From the IMG/VR virus record IMGVR_UViG_3300037294_000266, positions 124,001 through 188,000 of that record: 64,000 nt of DNA, one strand, 5' to 3'. The notes under the pieces are model-generated. The model saw only the letters and a program-made list of their open reading frames with translations, had not been told where the DNA came from and made no database searches. How positions within the stretch are numbered: position 1 is the first letter of the stretch; every line of letters begins with the position of its first letter. Below, one piece after another: positions 1 through 9,888 of this stretch. Made by a program: the position numbers and the translations under genes.

Positions 1-140
1 CTGCCTTTGTAGCTGCATGGTTTTTCAGGAACGTGGATCTTCGATGACGCTGTTACCTCTCGCACGTTCGTGCCAGAACAATCCGCGCATTTGTGAGAAG
101 CCTTCAAATCCAACGAAGCCTGACCGTCTGTGATCAACAT
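1..140 (-). CDS. Partial hypothetical protein with a CxxC motif (runs off the left edge)
   Basis: Manual translation from ATG at 140: MLITDGQASLDLKASHKCADCSGTNVREV..., open to position 1. It lies downstream of two promoter motifs; no clear RBS. Confidence 0.45.
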   Translation of the reverse strand, partial: MLITDGQASLDLKASHKCADCSGTNVREVTASSKIHVPEKPCSYKG

Positions 141-168
141 GTCTTTTGTTAGAATAACTGTGGTCATT

Positions 169-211
169 ACAATGTAGTCCGTTTGGATTGTTTAATGTAC
201 CTTATAATGTA
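169..211 (-). promoter_or_regulatory. Tandem putative early (virion RNAP) promoter cores TACATTAT / TACATTGT
   Basis: Same motif as found upstream of chimallin, PhuZ and nvRNAP genes; cores at 204-211 and 169-176. Confidence 0.6.
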
Positions 212-231
212 GTTCCATGCAAAAGTGGAAT

Positions 232-258
232 AAAGAGGGGGCCGAAGCCCCCTTTCTA
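232..258 (-). terminator. Rho-independent terminator
   Basis: GGGGGC-TTCG-GCCCCC hairpin on the minus strand followed by a T-rich tract, at the stop of the 256..678 ORF. Confidence 0.7.
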
Positions 259-678
259 TTTCTTACCGCCAGTGGCCCCATCCATTAAGTTCTGAACAGC
301 GGTGTCTTCCTTGGTCGATACAGTATCGCATCGTTTAAGGACGGCATCTGCTCGATCTCGCGGCAACTTGAGGAACTCGCTAAACGACATGCCTGTGAAT
401 TTAAGTACGTTGGCAACCAAGTACCGTTCAAGGTAGACGTCATACGCGTCGACAGCTACAACATCTTCAGGGTCATGCATGGCAACAGAAGCAAAGTTAG
501 ATTCACCAAACTTACTGTTGCTATAGATCCCGAAGTAATCGTCGTAACATTCTATCGCAACGATCTGGGCAGGAATACTGGTCAGTAATGCATCAGACTC
601 GGCCAGTACAGTGTCAAGGATCGAAGGTTCATCAGACTCAAGTTGTCTGGTGCCGAAAGGGCGGTCACTGACATGCAT
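256..678 (-). CDS. Conserved jumbo phage protein, possible baseplate hub/tail assembly chaperone
   Basis: Start moved to MHVSD (678) to avoid overlapping the upstream gene. The C-terminal GMSFSEFLKLPRDRAD helix resembles tail/baseplate assembly chaperones. Confidence 0.5.
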   Translation of the reverse strand: MHVSDRPFGTRQLESDEPSILDTVLAESDALLTSIPAQIVAIECYDDYFGIYSNSKFGESNFASVAMHDPEDVVAVDAYDVYLERYLVANVLKFTGMSFSEFLKLPRDRADAVLKRCDTVSTKEDTAVQNLMDGATGGKK

Positions 679-692
679 GCCAATCGGCAAGT

Positions 693-2279
693 TTACACGG
701 CCGCGCCTTCGACTAGGCTGATCTTCAGCACGGCTAGGGTGAAAAAAACGTAGCCTATGTCGATCGGGATGAGGTGAGGATGCGACTGGTCTTCCGGCTC
801 CTGCTGGCATGACGGACAGGCAGACTTTGGCAGACCAACGTAGCTTACCGTTGTCTTACGCACCCATTCAATGATACGCTTCGTCAACGCCAGAGAGATC
901 TCTGGGTCTTCAGTCAACATATCGAGCATCCGATCTTTGTTCTGAAGGTCTTCGATGATACGCGGCTGACTGTCAGGATCGGTGGTGTGTTCAAACTGCT
1001 TGATCCAGTGACTATGTTGCCGCAGACCGCTGATAGCACCAGAACGCATGATGTGACGGACACGTTCCATGTCGGACAGGCGGGCGCCGAAGGCATTGCT
1101 GGTAGCCTTAGAGATACCGTCTACCCACATGTGACCTGCATCGATCTGATCTGCCAATGATGGAACGGCCAATACAGCTACCAGTCCACGCCCAAGATCA
1201 ACACGTTCTTCAAAGAACGTAAAGTCAGCTTGATATTCTGCCAGTTGCAGCGCTGTCTTCTTGTCCTTACGGTTCGCCATCATGCGCGCTTGTTTCTCAG
1301 TGATCTTGTCCCGGTCGGTGAAGCCCATCCGAGCAAAGTTGAGAAGCAATTCGTCCATGTGCTCGCACTTGTCCGTGTTGGCAACGCATGGCTGACGGAA
1401 GGGGTAACCGTCAGGATACATCGCAGTAACCAGACCCAGGCACATCTGTTGGTAATCACGGTTACGGATCACGCCAAGCAGTTCTTCAACAGCATCGCTG
1501 GTCTCGAGCTTATACGTAGTCGAGATAACGTGTTCCAATACGAACCGCATGTAGAGTTCGACCGTGTACACTTCGACGTTCGAGAAGACCATGCCATTAG
1601 TCGAGCGACCAAGATTCATCTTCTCAAGGCGAGCGCGTTGATCGAAGTCCAGGAGTTCTTGTACCGTCGGTGCTTTGACCGAGATCCAGATGCCTGTGTT
1701 CCAGAGAGGGACTTGGATAACAGTGCCTTGACCAAACGTGGCGCGGATGGCCATGATTGGGTCGGACATCGTTTCTACTTTAAAACGCCCGATGCCGAGG
1801 CGGCTGGTATCATGCTGAACTGCCTGATGCCAGTTGCCTGTTTTATCGATGTCGTCGAAATAGACGTCTTGCCAGATCTGAGTCAGGCTGCGGGACAGTG
1901 AGACCAAACGTCTGTCGCTGTTGGACAGTTTCTCGATAGCGGAGTCGTCGAGATCGACCAGGCCGCGTGCTTGCAGAATGGATTCGAGTTCGTCGATGTC
2001 CATTTTCAAAGCGGCGATGTACGGCACGTTGGGATTGAGCTTCTGGCGCTTGGTGACAGGGTTGTCAACCGTTACGCTCATATTAGGCACAGCGTTGAAG
2101 CTGAAGCCGTCTGACTCATCACTGCCGATGCTGGTGGCAGGTTCCATAACTGACGCAGCCACTGTTGCAGCTTCGGAGGTGGCTTGTTCGAACGCAGCGG
2201 CTACAGGAACATCGACATTCGAGATTAAACCGTCGTCCGGAGAACCTTCTGCTTCGTCCAGGGTATTTTCGTCACTCAT
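693..2279 (-). CDS. Conserved phiKZ-like protein, putative baseplate hub-related (T4 gp26-like) with Cys motifs
   Basis: 528 aa with acidic N-terminal extension, C-x6-C-x-H and CPSC motifs, RBS, and operon context. Function is tentative. Confidence 0.5.
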   Translation of the reverse strand: MSDENTLDEAEGSPDDGLISNVDVPVAAAFEQATSEAATVAASVMEPATSIGSDESDGFSFNAVPNMSVTVDNPVTKRQKLNPNVPYIAALKMDIDELESILQARGLVDLDDSAIEKLSNSDRRLVSLSRSLTQIWQDVYFDDIDKTGNWHQAVQHDTSRLGIGRFKVETMSDPIMAIRATFGQGTVIQVPLWNTGIWISVKAPTVQELLDFDQRARLEKMNLGRSTNGMVFSNVEVYTVELYMRFVLEHVISTTYKLETSDAVEELLGVIRNRDYQQMCLGLVTAMYPDGYPFRQPCVANTDKCEHMDELLLNFARMGFTDRDKITEKQARMMANRKDKKTALQLAEYQADFTFFEERVDLGRGLVAVLAVPSLADQIDAGHMWVDGISKATSNAFGARLSDMERVRHIMRSGAISGLRQHSHWIKQFEHTTDPDSQPRIIEDLQNKDRMLDMLTEDPEISLALTKRIIEWVRKTTVSYVGLPKSACPSCQQEPEDQSHPHLIPIDIGYVFFTLAVLKISLVEGAAV

Positions 2280-2671
2280 GATACGACCTTGTCTTGAGGG
2301 TTAAAAGCGTCTTCCTTAATCAGGTTAATCAGCTCGAGACTATGGGGAGTCAGGGTAGCAGTCACTTGATCAATGAAGGTGAAGTAATCACCGCCGGCCT
2401 GTAACATGACCGGATGATGTGGGTTAGCAAGCACACCACTGGTAATCGTAGTGCGGTGTTTCTCCTTGATATCGATGAGCTTTGTATTGAACTCTTCGAC
2501 GTCACGTTTGATGAACCTGATTAATTCGGCAGCGCGAGATGACAGCGCCGAGGAGTTCCATTGGTGACCCGCAGCGTCACGAGCGGCAGTTGCAAAACCG
2601 TAAAGCAGCTTAAGCGCTTCTTGGTGAACGTTATCTAGCCCCTGTTTAGGAGTCGGTTTGACATCTCGCAT
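2276..2671 (-). CDS. Hypothetical helical protein
   Basis: 131 aa; 4-nt stop/start overlap with the downstream gene. Confidence 0.75.
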   Translation of the reverse strand: MRDVKPTPKQGLDNVHQEALKLLYGFATAARDAAGHQWNSSALSSRAAELIRFIKRDVEEFNTKLIDIKEKHRTTITSGVLANPHHPVMLQAGGDYFTFIDQVTATLTPHSLELINLIKEDAFNPQDKVVS

Positions 2672-2767
2672 CTCGGTTAAGCCCCTTACTTTATAAAATG
2701 GTCAGCCCAATTATTTGTACTTCACTCATAATAGGCTACATAAACTTTTTTTATTAAGGAACGTACC

Positions 2768-3598
2768 ATGTTCGAAGAACTCTCCAATATCCTTAGAGAC
2801 CGCGTTAGCCCCGAGGTCGGATCAGGGGTAGCTGAACTGGTCTCGGCACTTGAAAAACATAATGCAGTCATGTACAAAGACCGCATCAATAACTTAGCCA
2901 TGGATGCTAACAATCGCGAAAGCATCACTCTTGCAGATGAAGCCATCTCTATTGTCTACAGTCAGGCAAATGCTCTTCTCCAACAGATGCATTTAGAGCT
3001 GGATGTAGAAGCCATACAGATGTCCCGATTGGCGCTAATTCTCGATGCCTTGTTGTTTGACAAAAGCGATGACGACGACGAGATCAGTCGTATCATTGAA
3101 GAGGGTGAGGACTCGGTCGATGTCTTCTGTGAGATCCTTGCAGTGAAACTCAACCTGCAGCCAGAGCATCTAATGGACATCGTAATTGGTGTGCCTGAAG
3201 AATGCATCGCGGCCATCGAAGAAAAGATCACTAAGAACCTCAGTCATTCTGACGAAGCAGTCGATGGCGTTGAGGCTATTGCCAGACTTCTCAATCGTCA
3301 TCAGGACCTCGTAGGTGCAAGTACCATCGGGATGGAGTCGTATTCTGACAGTAATGCCGTTGTCGGTATCGATCCAATGGTTGTCATTGAACGTCGTAAA
3401 GATGAGCTGCTCAAGCTAAGTCCTGAAGACCTTGCTGATCAACTTATCTCTATCGCTATCCTGGCTGACGTTTCTCTCGACACGCTTCAAGCCGAAGTGA
3501 TGCTGTATGTTGAGATGATCATCCACGATCCATTCGCTGTTCAGAAAGCTTATAAGCGTACCGTTAGCCGAATGGCTGGGTTGAGGAATGTGTCATGA
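2768..3598 (+). CDS. Conserved hypothetical, probably virion-associated, all-alpha acidic protein (phiKZ gp79 position)
   Basis: 276 aa, AAGGA RBS, ATGA overlap with the virion RNAP subunit gene. Confidence 0.7.
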   Translation: MFEELSNILRDRVSPEVGSGVAELVSALEKHNAVMYKDRINNLAMDANNRESITLADEAISIVYSQANALLQQMHLELDVEAIQMSRLALILDALLFDKSDDDDEISRIIEEGEDSVDVFCEILAVKLNLQPEHLMDIVIGVPEECIAAIEEKITKNLSHSDEAVDGVEAIARLLNRHQDLVGASTIGMESYSDSNAVVGIDPMVVIERRKDELLKLSPEDLADQLISIAILADVSLDTLQAEVMLYVEMIIHDPFAVQKAYKRTVSRMAGLRNVS

Positions 3599-4944
3599 AG
3601 AAACTTGAATTCTACGTCGAGGCACTTAAGGCCAAAGCATATCATCGCAAAGACTGGGTGATCAGTGCATTTGCCGTGGTGCGTGAAGCGCCTCGCAAGG
3701 ACATGACAGGTGTAGTCCTCTCTATTGAAAATGAGGTTCCTGCCGCTGGACCTGGATTGTACAGTATTCGATACAACCGTGAATCGACTGAGGTGTATGT
3801 TTCATCTTTGGAAGGGGATGTATGGGTCAGTATCGATGACACAACGCCAATGACCCCTCTGTTCTACGCCTCTGACGAACTTCTTGTCACGTCTGATGTA
3901 ATCCCAAATTGTTCTGAGAACGTCAAATCTACATACGGCGATCTTCTCTTCAATTGGATGGTTCTTGTCGAACCCTTCGGTGCCCGAATTGCTTATCAGA
4001 CAGGTCCTGTCTCGATTTCTAAGATCGAGCGGATGATTGCTAAGAAATTGGTTGACGATCCATCGGTGGCTGGCCGTGTTCCGGCGGACGACGAGATACC
4101 TGTTGGCATGTACATGCGCTTTGGGCGCTGCATGGGTGCTCTGGCAGGGTTTGTTCAAGTGTTTGTACCGACACTGACGCCTAAGTCACTAACGACTGAC
4201 CCGGCCATCAGAGCGCGTCGTACAGAGCTCTTGGCAGAAAGCGCAGACCGCCTTCAGGATCCCGTTGTGGTATCAAAGATCCAGAACGAACTCATCCTCA
4301 TGGATAAGGAATGGATTAAAGACGATCCGTCCGAAGGGTTCTTGTTGTCCAACAAGACGTTTGCCACCGCCCGTAAGCGGATGTTCATCATCCACGGTCC
4401 TGAAGCCGGGTTTAATGAAGGCGGTAACGCTGATCTGGTTGTAAACAGTCTTAATGAAGGTTGGGACCTTGATAAGATCGTTCCAATGTTCAACTCGACT
4501 CGTGCGGGTTCGTTCTATCGTGGGGCATTGACCGCATTGGGTGGTGAGGCTGTGAAGTTCTTTATGCGGGTGTTCCAGAACGTTAACATCAGTGAAGATG
4601 ACTGCGGCAGTACTCTCGGCGTGTTCCGCACCATTGAGAAAGGTCAGGCAGAATACTACACTGGGCTGTGGGAGTTAACCAAAACAGGTCTGGCTGTGGT
4701 AACTGAAGAACGTGCTAAGGCAATGGAAGGTAAAACCATCCTGACCCGGTCGCCTTTGTTCTGTAAAACCGGTGAGACAGACTTCTGTGCTAAGTGTGTG
4801 GGTGAGGCACTTGCGGCCATCCCCAATGCCATCAGTTCAGAGAACACGTCGGTAGCGTCGAACTTCATGAGTATCATGATGGCTTCTGCTCACGCCAAAG
4901 AACTGAACACCGCACAGCTTAACTTCGAAGAAGCATTTACCTAA
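3595..4944 (+). CDS. Virion RNA polymerase beta' C-terminal subunit (phiKZ gp80-like)
   Basis: beta' motifs EDDCGS and RSPLFCK...FCAKCVG (Zn site), plus a bridge-helix-like region TALGGEAVKFFMR. Confidence 0.88.
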   Translation: MKKLEFYVEALKAKAYHRKDWVISAFAVVREAPRKDMTGVVLSIENEVPAAGPGLYSIRYNRESTEVYVSSLEGDVWVSIDDTTPMTPLFYASDELLVTSDVIPNCSENVKSTYGDLLFNWMVLVEPFGARIAYQTGPVSISKIERMIAKKLVDDPSVAGRVPADDEIPVGMYMRFGRCMGALAGFVQVFVPTLTPKSLTTDPAIRARRTELLAESADRLQDPVVVSKIQNELILMDKEWIKDDPSEGFLLSNKTFATARKRMFIIHGPEAGFNEGGNADLVVNSLNEGWDLDKIVPMFNSTRAGSFYRGALTALGGEAVKFFMRVFQNVNISEDDCGSTLGVFRTIEKGQAEYYTGLWELTKTGLAVVTEERAKAMEGKTILTRSPLFCKTGETDFCAKCVGEALAAIPNAISSENTSVASNFMSIMMASAHAKELNTAQLNFEEAFT

Positions 4945-4956
4945 TCAAGGTGCGCC

Positions 4957-7785
4957 ATGAGCGACAAACAACACGACAATTATCCAGAAGCATGGTCACA
5001 GTCAGACATTGACTTCTTCGTCGCCACTGGCAAAGAACCTTCGAAAACATCGAACGGTCTCTGGACAGGTGACCTTGTCCGTGAACAGAAAGAACTTGCC
5101 GACTGGAGCATGGCAGAACTATTTGCTCTGGTCAGCGGTGAGTTATTCACTAAGAAGGTCATTGGCGACGATACCTTCTACAAAGTCGTTCGAGGCAAAG
5201 CGCTTCTCGAAGACTCAGACGCTATTCGTTGGGGTGAAGAAGACCTCATGGAGTGGCTCCTTCATGAAAAGACACCTGCACGTAGTCCTGGCGGTTTCTA
5301 TTTGAATGACCCTGAGCGTTGGACTAAGGACGGTGATCACTGGCAGACGCCTGAACTGATTGACCTCGGTCTGGGTTACTTCGGTGAGTTAGAACGCAGT
5401 AATCAGTACATCCTCGATGAGATCAGTGATCGGTTCGAACTGCCGTTTGGCATTACGTTCGATGCGTTCAAACTCTACGTCGAGAAGAATGTCCGGCCTG
5501 AAGTAACTAAGGGCGGTGTTCTCATTGATGACCGTCGTCGTGCCGGTAAGCTCCTGAGTGCTTGGACAGACGATGAAGTGGAAGCATGGGCACGTGGTGA
5601 GATTGAAAGTGATCTCAAGGGTCTTCTAGAGCGTGGCATCGAGCAATTCGGTGGCGAGTGGTACTGGGATCGCGATGCCCTTAAGTTCTGGGTTGAGACG
5701 GGCGATATGCCTGCTTTCGTACACGACTATCAAAGTTATTCTGATGAGCAGTTGAATCTTCTCATCACTAAGGAAGATGACAGCGGTGCTAAGGAAGAAT
5801 GGATTAAGCGTCAGCCTGAACCAGAAGCTGTCGAGGAAGAACAGTCCGTTGAACTGGACGAGGCTGTTATCGAAGAGCCGTTCCAAGATGAAGAACCTGT
5901 TGTTGAAGTTCCGGTGGAAGAGGAAGACGAAGTCAGTCCTGTCGAAGAGCCAGAAGTGGTCGTCGACGTCCGAGATACCAACTGGGTTGAGCTGGTTAGA
6001 GAAGACACTCCTCTTCACCTGGCGATGGTAGGTGAGACTTCTGTAGATGTCATTGAAGACCTCGACCGTCGGAAGCTTCTAAGTGCCAGTCGTTGGACAC
6101 CTGAAGAACTGGCTGGTTGGGTTCGTGGATTAATCCCCATGGGCAACAACACCAGCGTCAGTACTCTGATGACAGCCATCAGAGGCCACTGTGGAGCGTT
6201 TGTCACTAACTGGACAGATGGTGCGGTTAAAGCATTCATTCTCTCTCAGGAGCTTCCTAAGGGCTTTAACGAAGGCATGTTGGCTGAAGACATCGTCCGG
6301 GATAAGAAACACCCTGGAAGTTGGACTGATGACGAGTTAGTAGCCTGGGCACGTGGTGAGATCATCACTACGTCAGACCCTAAGCAAGTGCTGTTCAGCA
6401 TGCGTGTTCGAATGAAGGTTCCTGATCGACTGACTTCAGAGCAGGCGATGACATACGTCGCTACTGGGAAATTACCTGTGGATGCAATCCCTGCAATTGA
6501 AGCCGGCAAGCCCGTTTCAGAACGGCAGCTATTGGCCTGGTTGAAAGGTGACTTGAAGTTATCTGCCGGTTTCGACACCAAGCCTTTATTTGATCTTGTA
6601 CGGTCGATGTTTAGGATTGATGTTCATTGGACAGATGACTGCATCATTGGTTGTTACCGTAACGGCACTGTTCCAGCGGTATTGGAAGGTGGTGTCTTGG
6701 TCAACGACCGTCTTCGTAATCTTGACAGCCCAGGTAACTGGTCGTGGAAAGAACTTCGTTGCTTGGCAAAAGGCGAGATCCATGCTAACTTCGAAATCGA
6801 AGATGCAATCGACCGCGTTCGTCGTTTGATCGAGATTCAATTTGGCATTGGTGCAGCACACTGGGGCGTTACTGAAGTACTTGGCTTCTTAATGACAGAG
6901 ACCAAACCAAAGTCATTAAGCGACGGGGTCATGGTCAACGATCCTACTCGTCAGGCTAAGGATCTTTCTAACTGGCGCGATGCTGAACTGAAAGCTTGGT
7001 TACGTGCTGAGATCGAACTTCCGGTTAAATATACAGAAGATGACGCATGGTCTGAGGTTTATAGCCGGTTTAAAGTACCGTTGTTCTGGTATCGTGAAGA
7101 TGCTAAGACGTTTGTTCTTACAGGGACTGAAGTTAAATCCCTGCCGTCTGGTATCTGGGTACGCGACATCAACCGAGATGCTCGACCTGCACGTCACTGG
7201 ACTCGCCGTGAAATCAAGGCATGGGCCCGTGGACAAATCGTACCGGGCATTAAAGCGTCTGAAAAAGAACTGGCTCAGCAGGCAGTTAAACTGTTCGGGC
7301 TTTCGATTTACCTTGATCTTGATGGTATCAAGAGTCGGGTAAGTTCCATCACTGAGGAATCAATCACCATGACAATTGCGTTTGTACTCCAAGATCTCGA
7401 TGCCTATGAAAAGGGTCGGAAAGAAGCAGGCGACAATGCCACCGTTGCTGCGCCATTCCAATCCATGTTGGATCGTTGCATCAACCGCGTCATCAAGCTG
7501 GAAGGTGAAGACTTCAACCAAGGCTGGACTGAGCTGTTGAAGTTCTACCATAAGAACCAAAATGGCTGCTGTTCGTTGAAGCAGGCTTACACAGGCGTTG
7601 GCCAGATGGCCATCACTCCTAAGTCGCTTCGTCAGTTCCAGAACATGACGACTATTCTCGTCCGGACGTGCGATCCTTCTAAAGCAGCAGCCGCTGCCAA
7701 GTTGATCGATTGGACAGTGGCTTTGAAAGAAGTGACTAACGAGAAGTCGCGGCAACAACTGCTTGCTTATTACGGCATTCAGTAA
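4957..7785 (+). CDS. Large Trp-rich tandem repeat protein with acidic linker and C-terminal helical domain
   Basis: 942 aa; about 9 copies of D-x-x-R-x(6-8)-W-x-x-x-E-L-x-x-W-x-x-G-E-I; E/V/P-rich linker at about aa 280-340. Confidence 0.85.
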   Translation: MSDKQHDNYPEAWSQSDIDFFVATGKEPSKTSNGLWTGDLVREQKELADWSMAELFALVSGELFTKKVIGDDTFYKVVRGKALLEDSDAIRWGEEDLMEWLLHEKTPARSPGGFYLNDPERWTKDGDHWQTPELIDLGLGYFGELERSNQYILDEISDRFELPFGITFDAFKLYVEKNVRPEVTKGGVLIDDRRRAGKLLSAWTDDEVEAWARGEIESDLKGLLERGIEQFGGEWYWDRDALKFWVETGDMPAFVHDYQSYSDEQLNLLITKEDDSGAKEEWIKRQPEPEAVEEEQSVELDEAVIEEPFQDEEPVVEVPVEEEDEVSPVEEPEVVVDVRDTNWVELVREDTPLHLAMVGETSVDVIEDLDRRKLLSASRWTPEELAGWVRGLIPMGNNTSVSTLMTAIRGHCGAFVTNWTDGAVKAFILSQELPKGFNEGMLAEDIVRDKKHPGSWTDDELVAWARGEIITTSDPKQVLFSMRVRMKVPDRLTSEQAMTYVATGKLPVDAIPAIEAGKPVSERQLLAWLKGDLKLSAGFDTKPLFDLVRSMFRIDVHWTDDCIIGCYRNGTVPAVLEGGVLVNDRLRNLDSPGNWSWKELRCLAKGEIHANFEIEDAIDRVRRLIEIQFGIGAAHWGVTEVLGFLMTETKPKSLSDGVMVNDPTRQAKDLSNWRDAELKAWLRAEIELPVKYTEDDAWSEVYSRFKVPLFWYREDAKTFVLTGTEVKSLPSGIWVRDINRDARPARHWTRREIKAWARGQIVPGIKASEKELAQQAVKLFGLSIYLDLDGIKSRVSSITEESITMTIAFVLQDLDAYEKGRKEAGDNATVAAPFQSMLDRCINRVIKLEGEDFNQGWTELLKFYHKNQNGCCSLKQAYTGVGQMAITPKSLRQFQNMTTILVRTCDPSKAAAAAKLIDWTVALKEVTNEKSRQQLLAYYGIQ

Positions 7786-7787
7786 CA

Positions 7788-7828
7788 AAGAAAAAAAGAT
7801 AGAGTAGGGGCTTCGGCCCCTACTCTAT
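7788..7828. terminator. Bidirectional terminator
   Basis: ATAGAGTAGGGGC-TTCG-GCCCCTACTCTAT with an upstream A-tract, between convergent genes. Confidence 0.85.
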
Positions 7829-7861
7829 TCTGTCAGTCAATAAATATAACCGAGACCTTGG

Positions 7862-8101
7862 CTACGTTATATAAAAGAAATCCGAGGCAGTGGCTTCAGC
7901 CATTACCTTGGTGAAGCGCATCCGATTTCTTAGACCGTACTCAATATACTCAATCTTAATGTGGTCGTCTCCATCCTTTAGGATAGCCACAATCGCTCTA
8001 CCAGCTAAACGCGCTACGATCTTCTTAGCATGGTTATACTCCATGCCATAATCGAGGACGACTCGGAAGTTCGCGTTTATGTTGTTATAAAGTATATTCA
8101 T
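7862..8101 (-). CDS. Hypothetical protein
   Basis: 79 aa, GGGAG RBS. Confidence 0.65.
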   Translation of the reverse strand: MNILYNNINANFRVVLDYGMEYNHAKKIVARLAGRAIVAILKDGDDHIKIEYIEYGLRNRMRFTKVMAEATASDFFYIT

Positions 8102-8131
8102 ACGAACTCCCGTCCTTGGTTAATTGAGTGA

Positions 8132-8725
8132 TTACATGTTCATGATGGTGTCACGTTGCTGTTCTAACTGCTCGCCAAACACAGCCGAATACATCTCTGG
8201 ATACCGCGCATAACCGCTATGGCCAAACTTCTCTTTAAGGTGTTTGACCGACTCTTCCATACTCTGGTCGTCGGACATCTGAGGAAAGTGCTTCTTACGA
8301 TAAAGAATGGCTCTCGACAACATCTGACCTACATCACCCGGCAATTCACGATCTGCTGAGTTGATAAGCGCACTGAACCGTGATTTGAAATCGCCACGGA
8401 AAGATGCCCGGTGTTGATAACACGCCCAGGCCACTGCGTTCTGTTCGCTTGGATTGAGATTATCGATGATCAACGGATGATCAGTGCCTTGAATAAAATG
8501 AAGTGCCAATTCATGGTGATTAACGCGACTCCATGCAAACAGATCATGGAAGTAAGCAGAAAACATGATAAGTTTAGGATCAAACTCATTATTCAAATGT
8601 TCATTGATAACCATGCCACATTTGAATACGTTTTCAAAGTGTATTTGACGATGGGCTAAATCATTGCATTCCCACTTATCTTCAAATGCTGTAATGATCT
8701 GGTTGCGCAATACATTGATGTCCAT
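8132..8725 (-). CDS. HD-domain phosphohydrolase
   Basis: H...H (AHRQIHF), AYFHDL, later HH and H residues, and terminal D (SADRE); 197 aa. Confidence 0.85.
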   Translation of the reverse strand: MDINVLRNQIITAFEDKWECNDLAHRQIHFENVFKCGMVINEHLNNEFDPKLIMFSAYFHDLFAWSRVNHHELALHFIQGTDHPLIIDNLNPSEQNAVAWACYQHRASFRGDFKSRFSALINSADRELPGDVGQMLSRAILYRKKHFPQMSDDQSMEESVKHLKEKFGHSGYARYPEMYSAVFGEQLEQQRDTIMNM

Positions 8726-8754
8726 TATAATTCCTTGGTTATGGTTTACTCGTC

Positions 8755-8777
8755 ATTACAATGTACTGCCATGATAA
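8755..8777 (-). promoter_or_regulatory. Putative early promoter, 23-bp exact repeat of 45666-45688
   Basis: TTATCATGGCAGTACATTGTAAT on the minus strand, 30 nt upstream of the HD gene. Confidence 0.7.
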
Positions 8778-8786
8778 ACTCCAATC

Positions 8787-8818
8787 AAAAAAAGAACGGG
8801 GGCCGAAGCCCCTGTTCT
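8787..8818 (-). terminator. Rho-independent terminator
   Basis: GC-rich stem with a TTCG loop on the minus strand followed by a T7 tract. Confidence 0.75.
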
Positions 8819-8900
8819 ATTCCGTCATACCGTTATTTACGGTAAGGACATCGGTCGCAGACATTGTAACGTCCGCAGCAGCTTTGGTTAACAGGAATCA

Positions 8901-9878
8901 TTATTCAACATCCCGATTTAGTTTCAACTTGTGGTGGTTTTCCAAAAGATCCGTTACCACGGAGTCTAATGACTTAATGATATCGCGTACCAACAATGGA
9001 TTACGATGCCAGTTGTATGCCGACGTGAATTTACCGTCTTCATGTACTTTGCTCACCGAGCAGAGTTTAAGGACACGTATTCCAGAATGGTGTCCCCAGT
9101 CCTGAACGGTGTCAAGACGCAAGCGATAGCCATTATCCATAATGACGTCGGCATAAGAATCGTAATTGTCGCCGTAATCATGGCCAGACAGTAGTTTGAT
9201 CAGTTCGTGGACAGGGTGGTCTTCGAGGACTTCTTTCTTGTTTTCGACAGTGCCGAAGAAATGATTCATGATCATGTATTTTTCATCAAACGGTTCGAGA
9301 TGCTCGTCTCCGACCATGGCATGATAGATACGGTTGAACACATTTTCTTCGACCCAAGTCTTGTCGATGAACATCTCGTACGGTTCTTCGAACATCTTAC
9401 ATTGCAGCAAACATTTAGACGACATGATGTTTTCGATGTCGATCGTGATGTCGCTGTCTACAAACGAGATACGGGCTCGTTTAGAATGAGAATCGAATGT
9501 AAGGCCCGCGTTTGGAAGACCGAGCTGAATGGAATTGACAGCAGACGGACGATTAGCCACCATGTAATCGCAGATGTCATTTAAAGGAATCATCGTGAGA
9601 GTAGGTGAGCCGTCTAACTGGTGGCTGATAATTCCTTCTGGGATGCGGAGTTGACGACCTGTAACCATTTCATAGACCTTAGCCCCCAATGTCTTGCCGT
9701 ACAGTATCTCATCACGAGACAGCGCCACTACCATGCGAATTATATTATCCACATTACAGGCAATGTTGGTCATGTATGGAGACATTGCTGGATATGCGTT
9801 TATGGCATTGCGGTCTGAAATAGCACAGAACAGTGTCTTGCATTGTTCGAGGAGTTCTTTTTCATTTGAAGGGGTCAT
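8901..9878 (-). CDS. Hypothetical protein
   Basis: 325 aa, AAGGA RBS, no recognisable motif. Confidence 0.8.
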   Translation of the reverse strand: MTPSNEKELLEQCKTLFCAISDRNAINAYPAMSPYMTNIACNVDNIIRMVVALSRDEILYGKTLGAKVYEMVTGRQLRIPEGIISHQLDGSPTLTMIPLNDICDYMVANRPSAVNSIQLGLPNAGLTFDSHSKRARISFVDSDITIDIENIMSSKCLLQCKMFEEPYEMFIDKTWVEENVFNRIYHAMVGDEHLEPFDEKYMIMNHFFGTVENKKEVLEDHPVHELIKLLSGHDYGDNYDSYADVIMDNGYRLRLDTVQDWGHHSGIRVLKLCSVSKVHEDGKFTSAYNWHRNPLLVRDIIKSLDSVVTDLLENHHKLKLNRDVE

Positions 9879-9888
9879 GGTACGTTCC

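Noticed and set aside
679-810. N-terminal 44 aa of the 256..810 ORF
   Set aside because: Overlaps the upstream gene end and has unnatural composition; start moved to 678.
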